A stretch of DNA of 64,000 nt, taken from Podarcis pityusensis (taxonomy: Eukaryota). Below, one piece after another: positions 1 to 13,596 of this stretch; the stretch's first letter is position 1, and each line of letters starts with the position of its first letter. The notes below the pieces were generated by a model. The model saw only the letters and a program-made list of their open reading frames with translations. It was not told where the DNA came from and did not search any database. The DNA lies in NCBI GenBank assembly GCA_964106645.2, contig OZ067047.1; one strand, written 5' to 3'. Made by a program: the position numbers and the translations under genes.

Positions 1-1357
1 GAGTTATTTCTTGAATCATTTACAGCAGTGTTTATTTACATGGGCTTCCGTGGATGTTTTCTATTAGCCTTATATCTGCTTCTTCTGTTTTTGTTTAATC
101 ATCAAAAAGCAAGCTATGGAATCTCCCTCATCAGACAACCAAAGAATGTTGATCTCGACTGAAAGAGCAACATGCTTTATACACAGAGTAATAAGACATG
201 ATGCCAAAGCCTGTATACATATAAGAGAAAACTGTTATTAGCGGCCTGTTCAAATGCCTAAAATATATTGTGCTAACCTCAGTTCTCACAACCTATTATT
301 TCCACAGTAAGATAATAGGAATAAACGTTTATCAACATCCACACCTTGCTTTAAATAGAACAGCAGCTCAGAGAGGAGAATTAGGAATAGCAAGAATTGG
401 AAGACAGGCAAAATAATAAGTTTAACACAGAAATTTTCTATTTTTAAGAGTAAGTTTCCAATTACAATCTAGAGGCACATCAGTTGAACAAATTATCTGT
501 AGGTTAAAAGAAAACCCAAGCTTGAAATGACTGGCACCACACCTTAAAAGAGATGGATGTGAATCTTCCAAAGGGGTTTACCCATGAATTGAAAAATATT
601 ACAATATGGGCCAAACCTTACGAGCAGATGACATGTCCAGCCACTTACATAAACACATACATGTGCACACAAACCCTTGCTCTCTATGACTGTCAGTCTG
701 TCAATCACACAGCTAATCATCTGAGGATACTCAATCTCTCCTGTCTCAGAAATCTCCTCGGATGCATGGCAGTAATTGCCTTTTCCCATTAGCCCACAGT
801 GACAATGGCTGCCATAGCAACTGGCAATGATTTTAATAAATCCAATCTGCTTTTTCAAGGACAGCACGTGCATGCCAGCAGTGACAGCACTACAGATAGG
901 CTCTGTAAGGGGGAAGGGAAACCAACATCCACAGCAAGGTCAGAGGTTTAGCATTCAAAGGTGAGCAAAACAACTATGGAAAAGACAAATGCTTTCTTTT
1001 CTATACAGGGTACAGTGAGAGCAAATTATAAACATGTTCTATAAGACTCTGTTGTTTTTAAAATGTGTAGAGTAAGCGAGCAGCCTCTGTTTACAAAGAG
1101 GTATTGGACCCTACGAAGTCAATATATCATCCATACAACATTTGCATTCTTAAGTCATACTGAACCAGAGCAAATAGTACTTATTCAGTAAATACCAAGT
1201 GGATTTTTTAAAAACAAAAACAAAAAATTACTCAGCATTCAGACATGGGGCAGCATGAGGTACTATCTCAATCAAAGAGTCTGCAGTCATTTCATTGTAA
1301 TGCATGAAGAGACCGTAAGAGTTAACCCACTTTCAAATGCAGAAGAAGCACATAAAA

Positions 1358-1527
1358 CAGGGGTGCCCAAACTTTTTTCAAAGAGGGTCAGATTTGATGA
1401 AGTGAATATGCGTGAGGGCCGACCAAAGTTGTTGACCTTTTTTTAGGATTGAAGTTGTTGAGTTTTTTTATGATTTTACCCTATAATTGTTTAGGCCCCC
1501 AAAATGAATGGACTTTGGACATGCCTG
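1358..1527. mobile_element. Non-autonomous hAT-type MITE
   Basis: Ends CAGGGGTGCCCAAA.../...TTTGGACATGCCTG; perfect 8-bp TSD ACATAAAA. Confidence 0.85.
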
Positions 1528-2862
1528 ACATAAAAGATCTAGAGACACTTCTTCTGCCATCTCCCAAATAATGGAATGCGAAAACTTCTGTAAAAGAAAG
1601 TACGGTAGATATTAGCAAGATTTCTGAAAATGCCCTATGCACCAGTGCTACACCATTGTCATTTGCATGATCAATATCAAACTTTCTAACTTAGGACTGC
1701 ATTTTAAATACCCTATCAAGCCAGGCAATTTCCCTTGAAGTTAAACAGCAGGCTGTTTAAAATATCACTAACAACCTATGGTCACCCAAAGGTCTTCAAA
1801 TTGTTAACATCAGCAGTGGTGAACTAACATTAGCAAGACGGGAACACTCTGCTGTATGCTGAGTTTTACTGGAGATGCTGAATAACCAGAGCTTTGTATC
1901 ATACCAGCTATAATAGATAGTGCAATGTGACAGAGTAGTTTCTGCTATGATTTAAACCCAGTCTCAGAGTTAGGAAAAGGGGGAAGGAAAATTAGGTGAT
2001 GCCCAAACAAATAACAGAAAGACATACATGCAACTCTGCCTATCAGTCATGAGAACAAAAAAGGAACAAAACGGGGGGGTTGTAAAAAAACCCACTTGGG
2101 GTGCTCACGACCATGCAATCTGTTCAAAAGTTGGTGGTTCTTCTGTTTTAGCCACACAGCAGAAATAACATGATTGCTTCTGTTCCCCCAAATACAGTAT
2201 ACCTATGAGCCTCGAATACTTCAAATATAATCTAGTACCTTCTTAATGCAGACAGAGGGCAAGGTGCACAAGGACTGAAAAGAGAGTTAAATGCAACACC
2301 TACATGCACAACATTTTCACAGCACCATTACCACACCAGGCTGAGGCAGGTCAATGGACAGCTCATGGTGCCTGTCAGTATACATCTAAGCCTTGGCTTT
2401 CCCAAATACACAGCTTGCTCACTGAGGGTCTCTTATACTTTCTAGACCACAGATGGTAGGGTCAAGACAGCTACAGCTGGGTGGTATGAAAGAAGGATCC
2501 AGAGCAGCCCCTTTCTCCTCCTTCCTAGCTTTCAACCACATATCTGGCAGTTATACGGAACGTGACAGGGGCTTTGAAAAATCCAAAACAGGTTAGCCAA
2601 TTTTAGCTCAGAGATTCAATGCTGTCATTGAGAACAGAAAAATAAAATAAAAGATCAGCTTTATCTTTTAAGGTAATAACAACATAGTAGTTTTGCAACT
2701 GAATGACAAAAATTGAAGACACGCTACAGATATTAATGCATAGTCTCTGGTTCCACCATGTGTCACAAAGCTATCTATAAAGCCCACCTATTTGAGTTCT
2801 TATTTACATTTTCTCTCTTTCCTCTAATGGAGATCTAACTGAATCGAAGCCAAAAATATGTA

Positions 2863-3008
2863 CAGTCGTACCTTGGATCTCAAACGCCTTGGTTCCCGAA
2901 CAAATCGGCTCCCGAACGATTGAAACTCAGAAATGAGTGTTCTGGTTTTTGAACAATTTTTGGAAGCCGAATGTCCAGCATGGGTTCCAATTGGCTGCAG
3001 GAGCTTCC
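2863..3008. mobile_element. Tc1/mariner-type MITE fragment (CAGTCGTACCTTGG family)
   Basis: TA followed by the CAGTCGTACCTTGG terminus shared with the copy at 12191; other end not found. Confidence 0.6.
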
Positions 3009-5239
3009 AAAATGAGACATCTAAGGGGCAGGGAGAGGCTCAGCCAGCCTGGGATCCACTGGAGTCAGCTCCATAAATATCATTTGGTGGCACTGGGCCT
3101 GATCCAGAACCAACTGCTATACTAGCTCCCCAGTCAGCATAGCACAGAGCAGGGTTTAGCCTGCCCCCAGCTGGGATGAACTAAAGTGCTGTGGATGAAG
3201 CTATGGCTACACCATTCCATCATGCCGCTGACCCAGTCAGGGTTAGAAATTATCTGTAAACTACAAAGGGGAAAAGTCTGTTCAAAACTACTGTTTAAGA
3301 GGAAGGCATCTGCTTAGTGATCTAAGTCATCATTTTAAAAACCGTTCCTCATACAGAACACAATTCAGCAATTTCATTCGTAATTCCCTGTATGATCCTG
3401 AAACAACAGTTTTCATAAGGGAAGAAACAAACCACAGGAAATACTACATTAGTTTGCTTTGCAGAACTCTTTCAGACTTATAAGTCGATACAAAAAGCCA
3501 CTTCCTGGTTTGGAAGACTCAGAAGTAGTCGCGGCATTATGCCATGTCAAGATTTCCCTACCTTCCTGAAAAATTAATGTGAGGCAAAACATTAACGGAA
3601 GTTACGCATCTTGCTTCTTCAGTCTGTACCAATCGTTTTGCGTGGAACACACAAATAAGAACGCAGAACTTTTTTCAAAAGCAGATATCCTCCTACCCCA
3701 GACACAGTAACAGTAATTTTCTTTATGTGAAAAGAGAGAAGAGAGAGAAACGGCACACACAGAAAATGTTTGCATATTCTGCTCCTGACTACATCGTATC
3801 AGACTGAGGAGGGAAATATTTAAAAGCTACAAGCTAAGATACACTTTCAGTGTTTCCATCAGAAGTAGGAAGGGCTAAATGCAGAGACGCCCCACCCACC
3901 CCCTAACCACAACCACAGACACCAAATGATACGCCTGCCATCATAGTTACAGTCTCCGACTATCCCACATGATACTAAATAAAACCTAAGTGAGTCCTTG
4001 TTGGGTCAGCACTTCTGGGCATACTCCCTGATGGTAGTAATTACTCTATGTATCTGCAAATGCCTCCTAAAATAAGCAAATCCCTAAAAAAGCCTTTGCA
4101 TCCCTGACTTGCAGGAAGAGTTTCAGCTAAGTTCAGATCTCAGGACCTGAAAAGCCTCTAGGGAAAGATAAATTTGTTGATTTTACAGAGGGACATTACT
4201 TAAGGGCACTTATTTAGTCCACTTCTGTTGTAACACAGAAAGGAACCTGAGCATATACTGAAAAGAAAGCAAGTGGGTCCCATCCCAACTGCTCTTTTTC
4301 TGCTTTTTATAGCACAGCACTAAATAGCAGTTTTGTTATGCTCCAGACAAGCACCATAGGAAAAACCTGACACAGCCATAATGGGGAAAGGGAGGGGGGG
4401 TTAATCCACTAGGCTTTTAATTACCATCCCCAGAAGATACTTCTCTGATACGTCTTGCGCAATACATTAATTGCACTGAGAGGGAAAATATCAACAAACA
4501 ACCAGAATGTGCTCAAACGATTGGAATGGTACAAGTTCTATTATGTACATGACACCCAAGTAAAAAAAAAATTAAAAAAAAAAGTGCTCCCCCATCAGGC
4601 TAGATATGAAAATAGTTTCTAACAACCAGATTACATAAATAGCAATATCAACACTGATATAAATCTTCCCCAATGAAGACACCAAAGTTGTAAATGCTAT
4701 ATGCACCACTGGAGATATCCTAATATTACAGTTATTAAAAATGAATATGCCCAATTCTTAGGCCAATACACCATTCAAATGATCTACGTATAGAGGCATT
4801 TGTCACAATCCCCCCCCAAAAAAAAAACCCATTACACAAGCACCACATCCTAATGTGAGTGGTCCCTAAAGGTCTGGATAGATTTCAAAATGAGAACAAG
4901 CACCATGAAATATAGGCAACTGTCAGGTAAAGCCTGTGGGAACTTCTGCTGCAGCTGCATATAAATATTTAGCTGCACAGATAGAAATTTAGAGTATAAA
5001 GGCCTCTCCCTACATTTAAAATGAGAAAAGGGCTGTGTGGGGGACAGGTCCTCCACATACACACAGAAAAGTTTAGTTGTCTTGCTCTCAAATAACGTAA
5101 CTTGAATCTAAAACACCAAGAAAAACAAAAACTCAAATGTCTTCAACAGCAACTGTGCGCTGCCTTGAATTTAGAAGTGAGTGTACTAAAAATAGAAAAG
5201 GAGAAGAGAATGTGTTAAATCTCAAAATGCAACAAAGTA

Positions 5240-5484
5240 CAGTGGCACCTAGGGTTACAGACGCTTCAGGTTACATACGCTTCAGCTTACAGACTCCGCG
5301 AACCCAAAAATAGTACCTCAGGTTAAGAACTTTGCTTCAGGATGAGAACAGAAATTGTGCTCCGGCGGCGCGGCAGCAGCAGCAGCAAGCCCCATTAGCT
5401 AAAGTGGTGCTTCAGGTTAAGAACAATTTCAGGTTAAGAACAGACCTCCGGAACGAATTAAGTACTTAACCCGAGGTACCACTG
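5240..5484 (+). mobile_element. Tc1/mariner-type MITE (CAGTGGTACCTC family)
   Basis: TIRs CAGTGG(C)ACCT.../...AGGTACCACTG, TA flanks, two homologous copies elsewhere in the window. Confidence 0.88.
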
Positions 5485-6146
5485 TAGTTCTAATCCTTGG
5501 GCAGTGGCATTGTCTCATGACAACTGCACTTCAGAGTCACTTCAATGCAACTATAAAATGGAGCTCTCAAAAAACGCTCCATCGAAGTGGAACTAGTTGC
5601 CTCTAATTGGCCCACTCACTTCATTACTGGATGCTCTTCTTACCCCTTAGATGTAATCACTCAAAGGAGACCATTATGCATGCACATAAGGTGTAATAAT
5701 CTACTATCTGAATAAGCAAGACTTAAAGATTGCCAGAGTCATCACAAATACCTACTTATCAGCCTGTCACAAGTCAGGCGGCTCCTGATAACTTTTTAAA
5801 TCAACTAGACAAAAGCACAAACACTTTGACAAACAGGAATGGACAAAAACAACAACACTACAATTATAATTTGTCCAGCTCTTAGCATTATTATTGCTGT
5901 CAGACTTGTGCAACTCCACCATTATCAGCAACTATACCAATGATTATATTGCGGCTGATAATTGTGGAGGAGATGCATGATTGTATGAAAGTCCTGAGCA
6001 CAGCTTCAATTACTGGTGATGGGGGAAAGAGCAGTGAATGAAGTCTGAATTCAAACCCACAGATCACTCAGGCTGTTCTCTCAGGACAAAATGGAGATGT
6101 GAACAAGTATTTTTTTTGAGAGAGAGATTTTGTGAGTACAGAACAT

Positions 6147-6426
6147 CAGTGGCATAGCACGGATTGCCAGAGCCCGGGGCCATGCGGTGGGGGGAAGCAG
6201 GGAGGGAAACGCATGCATGGAGTACGCATGGACATTCAACTGCCTAATTGCATCCACATCACCCAAGAGATCGCATCTGGTTCACATGGAGAAGCCGTTT
6301 TCAATGGAGCCCAGCAATGGAAGAGCGCAGCTGTATTAACGCAACACCAGTGTTGAAATTTTGTGCACCTAACAATTTTGCAACAAGGGCAACCACCCCT
6401 GTGGCTCCCCACACACTACACCACTG
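6147..6426. mobile_element. Non-autonomous DNA transposon (hAT-like)
   Basis: TIRs CAGTGGCATAG/CTACACCACTG; 8-bp TSD CAGAACAT/CAGAACTT. Confidence 0.7.
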
Positions 6427-6524
6427 CAGAACTTAACAAAAGGCAGAAGACAGACAGAACTTACAGAAGAATGATAGGAAAACAGGCAAGTTGCTGCATT
6501 CTAGCAAAATGCTCATAAGGAAAT

Positions 6525-6547
6525 GGGTTAGGGTTAGGGTTAGGGTT
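6525..6547 (+). repeat. Short interstitial telomeric repeat (GGGTTA)3GGGTT
   Basis: Read directly from the sequence. Confidence 0.9.
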
Positions 6548-7225
6548 TTTTTAAAGAAAAACCATCATAGTGAATGGTTCATTTTAAACTTGAAAGTTTG
6601 TGCATGAAAACAGTATCAGTTAAAGCTTTAGTTGATTCAGAATCATTGTTGAGGACAAACTAATCAGTGGGGCTATAAGTTATAGTCATATATATTTGGA
6701 TTCTATGTTTTTAGTCTCTCCTAGGTTCTTATTACTGTAATATGGAGTGAAAAAATATTAAAAGATAGTCTTTCCTTCAAACAGTGGCTGACTTCCTTCA
6801 ATATCTCAAAAGGCACAAATACTAGAGTTTCTGTAAGATGCAAATGTATTTACATTTTATCAGTTAAATAACAGACTGAGCAACTAAAATTGCCTATTAA
6901 TTAGGCTGCTTTACAACACATAATTTCTTTTGTCCCACAGGTAATTAAGTGCAGCTTCCTTGTTCCTAATGTGGTATCATTTCTATTATAAGGCACTTGC
7001 CCAACACCACCTCATTCTCTTTGACCTCCTCTTCCTCAAGCTCTGTACCCTCCACTCTTCCTATTTTCTCAATACTTGCCAAAAAGCCCAAGTATTTTGA
7101 CTTTCCACTACCAAGGAGCAGGTTTAGATTATGCAAACATGGTTAATTTACACAATGTCTTATGCCGGCACATTTTAATACCCTTGGTACAAATTGAGTG
7201 TTTTCTCTCTCTATGGAGTATAAAT

Positions 7226-7317
7226 TAAGGTTACCAGATATTTTTCAATGAATCAGGGCACACTGATTTGTAAATCCAGGGACTGTCCCCGGGAAACGGG
7301 GACGTCTGGTAACCTTA
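7226..7317. mobile_element. 92-bp hAT-type mini-MITE
   Basis: Perfect 13-bp TIR TAAGGTTACCAGA/TCTGGTAACCTTA; perfect 8-bp TSD GTATAAAT. Confidence 0.85.
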
Positions 7318-8779
7318 GTATAAATGCAGCCCTGGTTTTATCGAGCCTCAGGATATCCAGCTCATATACTGAACAGAAAGCAGATATACAGTCTTCAGAA
7401 AACAGAAAATGAAAACATTTTTGTGAAAAAAACAAACGGTTTGCTCAGCAAACATTTTATTCAAGCACTGGAGATTTAATACTGAAAGCAGTGGTTATCA
7501 CCATACACTTCACAGAGAGAATAAAAATGCATATAACATGCAGGTTGTTCTTCATGGTACAATAAACACAGCATTGTGTAATAATAAAGATTTCAGGTCC
7601 ATGCCACATACAGATTCCTCATTTCACTAATGTAAGGGATCTCCTCACTACAGAGGCAAAATATTCCATTTTTTTATTGTATCATCATCATGTGAAAACT
7701 AAACTATACAGACAAGAGGCAAGCGAATTCAAAGAGGGCAGATCTATTCTGTAAAAAGGCATCATGTAACACTATGTCCCACTTCACTAGTCTTCCTGTA
7801 GTACAGTCAAATATCAATTTGACAATTTGATTAGGCTTCAGTGCACATATGGGGAAGAAACCAATCAGGTTCTTGCTCTCCAACATCTCTCAACCCCAGC
7901 CTAACTGCTGCCTATCGGCCACCTTTATTGTCCCTTCGAGCCCATTTTCCTTTCCCCCTCACTAGGCCTGGGTCCACAGACTCTAGGCAATGCATCTTCC
8001 ATTATCTGAAAGGAAAAAAGCTAGGACACATCAGTCACCACTAAGTATGCCTTGAGGTATACTAGACAAAGTCTGCTGCGTTCAGGAACAGGGCCTCTGC
8101 GCTTGGTTTAAGACTAAAAGCCCATCACCTGGGGATTATACGCTGTGTAAGTTTGTTGATGTTTAAAGTATCACAATACTCTTTGTTATCAGGAGTCACG
8201 AGTAAAAGCAACACAACTGGGGGGAATACAGGCAGGAGGCCCTGTAACTCTGTGCACAGGGCTGTAGTGTATCCTTAAGTTTAGGTGATTCTGGTACCAC
8301 TCATAATACTGGACATGGCAAGGCCCAAAATTCTTTCCCTTCGTAACCAGTGCCATTTAACCAACAATTGTGCTTTGAATTGGGAGCAGTGCACAAACTA
8401 TGAAAAGAACTCCAGTTTCTCATTTTCTTTTTAATCAAGAACAAGCCCTTCTTCACACAAGCAATTCTTTGAAAAGCTTTTGAGACTTATGAGGAAGTTA
8501 GAAAAGGAGGGCAGTTCAAGAGAGGGTGTTTATTTTGTTTGGTTTTTTTAAGCACTGAACTGATCAGTTCCCATGCGGCACAGCAGGTAGCAAGGCACAG
8601 CAGCAAGCTGTAGTAAGAAACCAAAAATGTAGCCAATGCTGTATTGTAAATGGAACCAAGTATAAACGGCAAATTCATACATTCCAATATGAACAGAAAA
8701 TACAGGGAACCCACAAAACCTTTGCAGACCTCTTGTGCATGCTAGGTGCAGGATTAGTGCTTAGTGCACAGACTCTTGG

Positions 8780-9105
8780 AATGATGCGTTCAGTGGTGAC
8801 TTCATTTCTGTGGAACCTTCTCCCCAGTGGATAAGTACTTGGCCACATCATTCTTTTCTTTCAGGGAACAGATGAAGACGCGCCTCCTGCAGCAGGCTTC
8901 TGGATGAGGGTATCAGTGACTTAAATAATTTAGGAAGAATTTGATGATCATGCTTGTTAGAAACTGTACCAATATAACTGTTTTCAACTTTTACATTTCA
9001 TGGATATAGTTAAGCATGCATTTTATGTTGTTTATTATGCTGTAAAACGCCCTGTAGTCTTTGGATAAAGGGTAGTATACAATTGGCTGAATAAATAAAC
9101 AAATA
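8780..9105 (+). mobile_element. Degenerate L2-like LINE 3' end
   Basis: Remnant of the LWN.LP-type ORF end, T-rich UTR, tgtaaaacgccctg...aataaataaa tail. Confidence 0.5.
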
Positions 9106-9173
9106 CATTTTTAAAAGAAACTGCTTCTCCAGAATGGGGTGGGGGGTGATGTAAGCGCACATGCATATGTGTA

Positions 9174-9415
9174 CTGTGGTACCTCGGGTTAAGAACTTAA
9201 TTCGTTCTGGAGGTCCGTTCTTAACCTGAAACTGTTCTTAACCTGAGGTACCACTTTAGCTAATGGGGCCTCCCACTGCCGCCGCGCCGCCACCACGCAA
9301 TTTCTGTTGTCATCCTGAAGCAAAGTTCTTAACCTGAGGTACTATTTTTGGGTTAGCAGAGTCTGTAACCTGAAGTGTCTATAACCTGAAGCGTCTGTAA
9401 CCCGAGGTACCACTA
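9174..9415 (-). mobile_element. Tc1/mariner-type MITE, same family as 5240-5484, opposite orientation
   Basis: Reverse-complement homology to 5240-5484; TA flanks. Confidence 0.88.
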
Positions 9416-10559
9416 TATTTCAGCACAACAGGCCCCCAGAGTGCTGAGAATATTATAATATGGCAACAATCCTGAAGACTGCACAGTCCTTCTGTGGCTC
9501 CCTGTCTCTGGTTGGTTTGGCATGCAAGAACACTGCTCTGCCCACAACAATTTGTACATGTGCACCAAAATCATTTTGCAAACTGTGGTGCTTTATCCAT
9601 GAATGCATATCAATCAATCTACCTGCACCTATGTGCATATACAGAGTTAGTGAAGTGACAATGCAAAACTAGATTATGCATGGATAGAATACCAGAGCAG
9701 CACTTCCACTATCCCTTGGGAAGAAAACAGCATTAGGATTACCATGTGGATGACTCTCTATGACTTCACCCAAACCTCCTCAGCGTAATCTGCCATTTAA
9801 CACAGCTTGAAAGAAACCACTTTCAATGGTCAGTCAATATGCTGCAGCTATTTCTTTCCCTGTTCATCCCTGGCTGCAAGAAATAAGTCCTGGATTCATA
9901 TAGCAGCCATGATCCGATTTGCTCCAATCCCAGCTCAAGCAGCTTTATACCACCCCACTAACAAGATCAGTACTGGCCAAACAGGGTTTATCCAGGCTGA
10001 TCAGAGATGGATTAGATAACGAAACCCTAACTGCCTAAAGCTGTCTGCCGCGGCAACGGATAAAGAATGAAACATATGAGATATATTGCACACTGCCTCT
10101 AAATTAGCCTCTTGCACCTAATTGTTGCTTTCAGAGTTCTGTTGTGACCCAAAAATTAAAGTATATAGTGTACTGCATAAACAACATTTGTATAGCAAAA
10201 TTTTTGTTGTTGTTTATCAGCCACCAAAATGTTGTGGTACTAGTCGAACAGAGGATAATAGGAATGACAACCCACTGTAACTTTTGTGATAAATATAGAC
10301 AAAGTCAGAAACCTATCACAGCATCTGTAGAGCATATGCATTCTTATTAACTACTGGTTTATATTTTTAAAATGCATCCCAAAAACGTTTGTCCACAAAA
10401 TAAGATCTTCAAGACAGCTAACCATCATAACAATTAAACACACTGTACAAATAACATCAAAAAATATCCGCAACAAAACCCCTTAATGGAAAACAAAATG
10501 CAGAGCAACCACTCGAGAAAACATCCTTTTGAGTAGCAGAGAAATACAGGGGTTGAAGC

Positions 10560-11014
10560 TAAATTTCATGGGGCAAAGTCATCCAGAATACAGGTGCCAT
10601 TAGCAAGAATCTCTACCACCACTTCACTTCTGTTGAGCCAGGACAGAAAGTAGGGCCTCCCCTGAGGACTGAAACATGTGGATGTGTACATATGGAAGAC
10701 AGCATATTTTAGATACTGCAGTCCCCATGATACCGAGGGGTTTGAAGACTAGCATGATCACTTTGGATTAGATGCAAAAAATATATTGAGGGATCCCGTG
10801 AAGATGGCACAATATGGGTGTTATGTGATCATAAACTCTGGCTCCTATGAGAAGCCAAACTACATTCCACATCAATTGAAGTTTCTGGATTCTTTTGGAA
10901 GGCATCCTTATAAATGATGTTACAGTAATCCAATCTTGATGTTATCAAGGTATTTATGGCTATGGTGAGGTCTGTATTCCCCAGGAAAGTGAGTTGTAAT
11001 AGATGGAGTTCCAC
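10560..11014 (-). mobile_element. Degenerate L2-like LINE ORF2 fragment
   Basis: Translation contains LITSRLDYCN, the L2-clade SRLDYCN motif. Confidence 0.65.
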
Positions 11015-11511
11015 TTTTTAGGTTGTAAGAAGCGTCTGATCAGGAGGAAACTGCAGTTGGTAGCGCACAATGAATGGGTTCTCTCTTACACACATTTATT
11101 TTTTGAAATTATTTGTACCATTACTGTTGTTCCATCTCTATGAACATAACATTACCAATGTCATAACTACTATGGCACATTAGTGAAGAGTTCGATTCTC
11201 CTTCTTTATTCCCATTCCCATACAACTGACTATAGCAGGTGATGGGGGAACAGTGGCTCCACTTGATTGTCCATGTATGCCTTTTACCCTCACAAAGCAA
11301 CTCATGTGGAGAAGAAATCAAGAGACAGAGAATCCGAACATAAAGAACTGAAAAGTATGCCCTTAAGAATAAACTGGAGAAATATGTCTGGACTAACTAA
11401 CACATAAGGTATTATTCTTAAGGCGAGCCGGAATGATGAGATAATACACAGCGCTTTCAAACCCATAAAATTTCTAAGACTCCTGAGCAGCAGGGTATGC
11501 CTTATAGCAAC

Positions 11512-11642
11512 AGTAGCCAATGTGGTGCCCTCCAGATGTTGTTGGACTACAATTCCCATCATCCCTAACCAATGACCATGCTGGCAATAGCAACTGAGTT
11601 AAAACTCCAGCAACATTTGGAACAAACCACCTTGGCTACCCC
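11512..11642. mobile_element. Old palindromic hAT-like MITE common in squamates
   Basis: gtagccaatgtggtgccctccagatgttg...gactacaattcccatc...caacatttgga...ttggctac; partial relatives at about 18897-18955 and 28190-28290. Confidence 0.55.
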
Positions 11643-12190
11643 GACTTACAGAATACTATTTCCAGCATGATACATCTCATAAACATGCCACTACATATGT
11701 TGGACATGCTTCTGGTTTCCTGAAAAGTAAGTTTTCATATGTTCAGTATTAAAAACTGTAAATCAAAATAAAAGTCATTTTCCCCTATGGATGCTAAAAT
11801 GTGTATTTTGTAATATTAAGACTCCTAAAATGTGATTAGGTAGGTCACAATCATGGACATATTTGCATACCTGTAAATATTATTTTTTTCCAGTATTGCA
11901 AGAAAACCTGGGCTACTGCGACATTTAAGGCCCAAGGGATATTCTATATATATTGGATGGGAGGCAAAGGAAAAGTTACATTAAAATAGTTGCCATAGGA
12001 TATTAGTTCCAATTTGAGAAATTTCAAATTCATTGCAAACTTAAGTCTCTTGCTACAATTTTCTTACAGTTTGCTAGAACTGTTCATGTTTTGCTTGCAT
12101 GAAACACATTGACACAACATGATGCTAAAGTCTCATTTGCACATGAAGTGTGAAAGGATTCTGTGTTAATTAAGCATTCTGTGTCTTATA

Positions 12191-12306
12191 CAGTCGTACC
12201 TTGGAAGTCGAACAGCCTAATTCTCAAACGTTTTGGCTCCCAAGCTCCAGTTTGGTTCCAGTTTTCGAACGTTTCGGAAGTCGAACGGACTTCCGGAACA
12301 GATTCC
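12191..12306. mobile_element. Tc1/mariner-type MITE fragment (CAGTCGTACCTTGG family)
   Basis: TA followed by the same terminus as the 2863 copy. Confidence 0.6.
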
Positions 12307-13319
12307 ACAATTATGTGGCTAATTGCATATCATGAGGTAACAGAGAATCACACAAAATGGGACAAATTCCAGAAGCTAAATGGAACATTAGTGTGCCTCA
12401 GCAAGAGAATGAACATCCACTTGGGGCCACCAACCAGAGTCATAGAGGCAATCAAGAGCTGTAGCAGAAAACATCAAATTGCAATGAATAAATCACACAG
12501 TTTTCAAAGAGTGGGAACACAGTCAGTGTCAGCAACAGAAAGGAGCATCAAGCACACAGTTACTTGTCCAAGCAGCACTCAGCAAAGTAATACATTTCTG
12601 TAAAGAATAGTTTCAGTTTAGAGTATTTTCCTAACTTGGCAGATCAGAAGGAAGTGTACACAGCAATTCTCTTTTTAAAACAATTTACCTCATAGTCTCT
12701 AAATAGTTTAAGCAAAACATGTGGCCAGAGAAGCAAATGCAATTCTTTTTTTAAATAAAGGTTTAAAAAGCTTCTAGAAACAAAGGGCACCAGCAAGAGA
12801 TAAAACGCTTTCTACCCTCCTCCAGATGCAATTTTCAAGTTTTCCCCTCTTAATTTACTAGATGCACCTCTATACAAACATTTTCATAATACAACTGCAA
12901 GTACAAGCTAAGTATCCCCAACAATTAGAATCACCCATACCCAAAAAGTAACCGAAAGATGTGCTTGTTTCTTCCATCTATGTATATTCAAGCATAAAGC
13001 TATCAATGGCTCATTAAGTCACTACGGTTATATACCATACTGGTCTAAATACAGGCCATATTTTTCCCAAAATCTGGTTTATATAAACCTGAATGCACCC
13101 TACAATTGTAGTCTCATAAGTAGAGAAGCCAGGAATTAATATGAGACCTTGGGAACTACACGGAACTTCAGTTCTTTTGCAAAGGATCACCCACCCTTCT
13201 CAAGAGGTAGCCCTGGCTGCCTGGTTAGTTATTCATTGTGAGACAAGTCTAGAGGCTGCATGTGTTCTTTCAGATTTTAAAGAGTACCATGTGGTGCTGG
13301 CAGAGAATTTAAGAGTGTT

Positions 13320-13324
<5 letters not shown>

Positions 13325-13358
<34 letters not shown>
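13325..13358. repeat. (TG)n microsatellite
   Basis: Read directly. Confidence 0.95.
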
Positions 13359-13360
<2 letters not shown>

Positions 13361-13439
13361 CTCTTTCCAAGAGATCTTGTTTTAGGGGGTGTGGCCTATA
13401 TTCAGGGACAATTTATTTTTGGTATTCCCTCCAGAATCA

Positions 13440-13596
13440 GAGGCCTCTGAATATTAGTTGCTGGAAAGCGCAAACAGGGAAGATGCTATTACACTTAGTT
13501 CCTGTTTGTGGGCTTCCCAAAGACATTTGAGTGGTCACTATTAGAACAGGATACTGGAATAGATGGGCATTTGGTCTGATCCAAGCGGTTGCTACT
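13440..13596 (+). mobile_element. CR1-like LINE 3' fragment
   Basis: ...ctggaatagatgggcatttggtctgatcc... CR1-type terminal motif. Confidence 0.5.

Noticed and set aside
5909-5977. Imperfect ~16-bp inverted repeat
   Set aside because: Mismatched with a large loop; most likely an old MITE remnant.
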